Origin: Podarcis muralis
Taxonomy: Eukaryota
Direction of reading: 5' to 3'
Assembly: GCF_964188315.1 (NCBI RefSeq)
Contig: NC_135667.1
Coordinates: forward strand, 21,142,001-21,206,000
Length of the DNA stretch: 64,000 bases
Below, piece after piece: positions 62,048-64,000 of this stretch; the first letter of the stretch is position 1, and the number at the start of each line of letters is the position of its first letter. The position numbers and the translations under genes are program-made. The notes beneath the pieces are model-generated. The model saw only the letters and a program-made list of their open reading frames with translations. It did no database searches and was not told the origin of the DNA.

Positions 62048-63695
62048 TCTTAGTCTGGGTCTGGCCTGGTCCCCCATCAAGTTGACCCCCTTAAAAAACC
62101 TTTTAGACCACTACCCCAACAGGACTGCAGCAGTGTACTTATGGGAGGGTTTCAGTACCGGTTTTAGAATCCCAGTTGCCTTTCTCCCTAATTCGGGAGA
62201 CCCTCCAAACCAAAAGTCAGTGAGGGAGATGCCCGAGGTTGCCCAAAAGAAGATTAGTAAGGAAATCAAGGCAGGAAGGGTAGCCGGCCCCTTCCTAGTC
62301 CCCCCAATTGAAGGCCTCCATATATCCCCGTTAGGCATAGTCCCCAAAAAAGCGCCCGGTGAGTATCGCATGATTCACAACCTTTCCTACCCTAAGGGCG
62401 GGTCGGTCAATGATGCGATACCGCAGGAACTCTGCACAGTGAGATATGCCACTTTCGATCAAGCCGTACAGCTCATACGCAAGTTCGGTAAGGGGGCGCT
62501 GCTGGCAAAATGTGACATTGAGTCAGCCTTTAGACTCCTGCCAGTTCATCCGGAAGATTTCCGGTGGCTTGGCTTCAAATTTGATGGGGCGTATTTTGTA
62601 GACAAGGCAATGCCCATGGGCTGCTCGGTAGCCTGCGCAGCCTTCGAGGCATTCAGCACCTTCCTGGACTGGGCACTCCGCTTCAAAACTGGCGCGGAGG
62701 GCGTGTCGCATTACCTGGACGACTTTATCCTCGTGGAGGATAGCAGGCCCAAATGCGCAGAGCTCCTTGAAGCATTCACATCGCTAGCGGGAGAATTGGG
62801 GGTGCCGCTAGCCGCCGATAAAACGGAGGGCCCGGCAACGACAATGGTGTACTTAGGTATTGAGCTGGACACTGTCGCTCAAACCTCAAAACTTCCCAGG
62901 GAAAAACTCACTGCACTTGGTGATCTCATTAGGCAACTACTCCCCCTAAGAAAAGTTACACTCAGGCAAATCCAGTCACTGTTAGGACACTTAAATTTTG
63001 CTTGCCGTGTGGTTTCCCCTGGCCGCCCATTCTGCGGCCGCCTTGCGAAGTTGTCAGCAGGACTGCGTTCCCCTCATCATAGGGTTCGGCTATCCAAGGA
63101 AGTGAAGGCTGACCTGGAAGTCTGGTTGGAGTTCTTGCAGAACTATAACGGTATTTCCATGTGGCAGGACAACCTTGCGCTGCAGGTCGACTTCCAGGTC
63201 CATTCGGATGCTTCCGGCTCCCTGGGGTTTGGTGTTTACTTTAGGGGCCAATGGTGTGCCCAGCGCTGGCCCGCCGCCTGGCAAGGGGGTCCCATCACGA
63301 GAGACTTAACCTTCCTTGAATTCTTCCCGATTGTAGTGGCGGTGCACTTGTGGCCTGAAACATTTAGTAATCATAGGGTGTGCTTCCACACCGACAACCA
63401 GGCCGTAGTGGCGGTACTTTCCAGGCAGGTCGCACGGTCACCAAGGGTAGGGGGCCTCCTGCGTTCTTTCGTTCTCAGGTGCTTAGAGCTCAACATACAC
63501 TTCTCAGCAAAATTTGTCCCTGGTGTAAATAATGACATTGCGGATGCTTTATCTCGCTTTCAGATGGACCGCTTCCGCTCGTTGGCACCGGATGCAGAGC
63601 TGCTGCCTCAGCCATTCCCGGAACATCTGTGGAAGCTCGGGGACCAGAGGCGTGGGGACCTGAGTCCTGGGAGCCAGAAGTCATTCAGGGAGTAA
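61773..63695 (+). CDS. Ngaro reverse transcriptase-RNase H ORF2
   Basis: ISPLGIVPKK, YRMIHNLS, KCDIESAFRLLP, MPMG, HYLDDF (RT); HSDASG, LEFFPIVVA, TDNQAV, NDIADALSR (RNaseH). Frame open from 61773, overlapping gag by ~275 nt; the true start is unknown. Confidence 0.93.
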   Translation: MWAPSLRRSLRSPQNLGRPLRSRGDCVGSTTRGFVHGLFVSTATSAISVWVTTQPLPALKGGSPFGVGEVHTTRDLGVATEHHLDPRETGSNLSLGLAWSPIKLTPLKNLLDHYPNRTAAVYLWEGFSTGFRIPVAFLPNSGDPPNQKSVREMPEVAQKKISKEIKAGRVAGPFLVPPIEGLHISPLGIVPKKAPGEYRMIHNLSYPKGGSVNDAIPQELCTVRYATFDQAVQLIRKFGKGALLAKCDIESAFRLLPVHPEDFRWLGFKFDGAYFVDKAMPMGCSVACAAFEAFSTFLDWALRFKTGAEGVSHYLDDFILVEDSRPKCAELLEAFTSLAGELGVPLAADKTEGPATTMVYLGIELDTVAQTSKLPREKLTALGDLIRQLLPLRKVTLRQIQSLLGHLNFACRVVSPGRPFCGRLAKLSAGLRSPHHRVRLSKEVKADLEVWLEFLQNYNGISMWQDNLALQVDFQVHSDASGSLGFGVYFRGQWCAQRWPAAWQGGPITRDLTFLEFFPIVVAVHLWPETFSNHRVCFHTDNQAVVAVLSRQVARSPRVGGLLRSFVLRCLELNIHFSAKFVPGVNNDIADALSRFQMDRFRSLAPDAELLPQPFPEHLWKLGDQRRGDLSPGSQKSFRE

Positions 63696-64000
63696 TGGCC
63701 TCGGTGGCACCTTCCACTTTGAGATCGTATAAGAAGGCTTGGTCGGATTTTTTAAAATTCCGCAACAAAACCTGCGCCATCAGAAACAATGCCCCTCCCG
63801 TCAAACCTGAGGTGCTAGCTTACCTAGTTTACCTGAGACGCTTGGGCCGCGCCCCTAGAACCCTCAACCTTCAAGCCGCGGCAATTTCGTTCTTTTGCAA
63901 GGCGGTATTTTCCACCGATCCTTGTGACGATTTTGTTATACGAAGGACGCTAGAGGGTTGGCGTAGGCTACAGCCCCCAAGCCATGATATGGGGAGGCCG
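63695..64000 (+). CDS. Tyrosine recombinase ORF3, N-terminal part (truncated by window)
   Basis: MASVAPSTLRSYKKAWSDFLKF...VLAYLVYLRRLGRAPRTL..QAAAISFFCK..F..DPCDDFVIRRTLEGWRR resembles the SAM-like N-domain of DIRS/Ngaro recombinases; frame is open from ~63535. Confidence 0.85.
   Translation, partial: MASVAPSTLRSYKKAWSDFLKFRNKTCAIRNNAPPVKPEVLAYLVYLRRLGRAPRTLNLQAAAISFFCKAVFSTDPCDDFVIRRTLEGWRRLQPPSHDMGRP

Larger units (their letters stand above)
58230..64000 (+). mobile_element. Tyrosine-recombinase retrotransposon, Ngaro-like (DIRS order), 3' end beyond window
   Basis: Overlapping gag, RT-RNaseH and YR ORFs; no methyltransferase domain between RNaseH and YR; GC-rich 5' end with CCAAT (58328) and TATTTA (~58363). 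Left boundary approximate. Confidence 0.88.

Overview
Vertebrate genomic DNA, most likely a lacertid lizard (inferred from Sauria/Squam-type SINEs, CR1/L2/L1 remnants and Tigger/hAT MITEs). It holds a complete 7-exon SULT1-family sulfotransferase gene (minus, 990-5710) and two divergently oriented SCAN-C2H2 zinc-finger genes (minus 17021-27929; plus 41702-46124). A 4.46-kb tandem duplication (48405-57236) follows, and an apparently intact Ngaro/DIRS tyrosine-recombinase retrotransposon runs off the right end, nested in an LTR. The main discovery is absent from the ORF track because it is spliced. Each duplicated unit carries a compact 3-exon minus-strand gene with alpha-globin exon phases, a 95-nt first coding exon, short introns, a GATA-type TATA box and AATAAA. 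These genes encode ~100-aa globin-derived proteins that lack both heme histidines, the C/D region and most of helix G. The two copies differ only synonymously in exons 1-2 but at 9 codons, all non-synonymous, in exon 3. A third relic exon at 47821-47884 still reads VLTSKY. All family assignments come from manual motif and exon-structure recognition; no database search was run.
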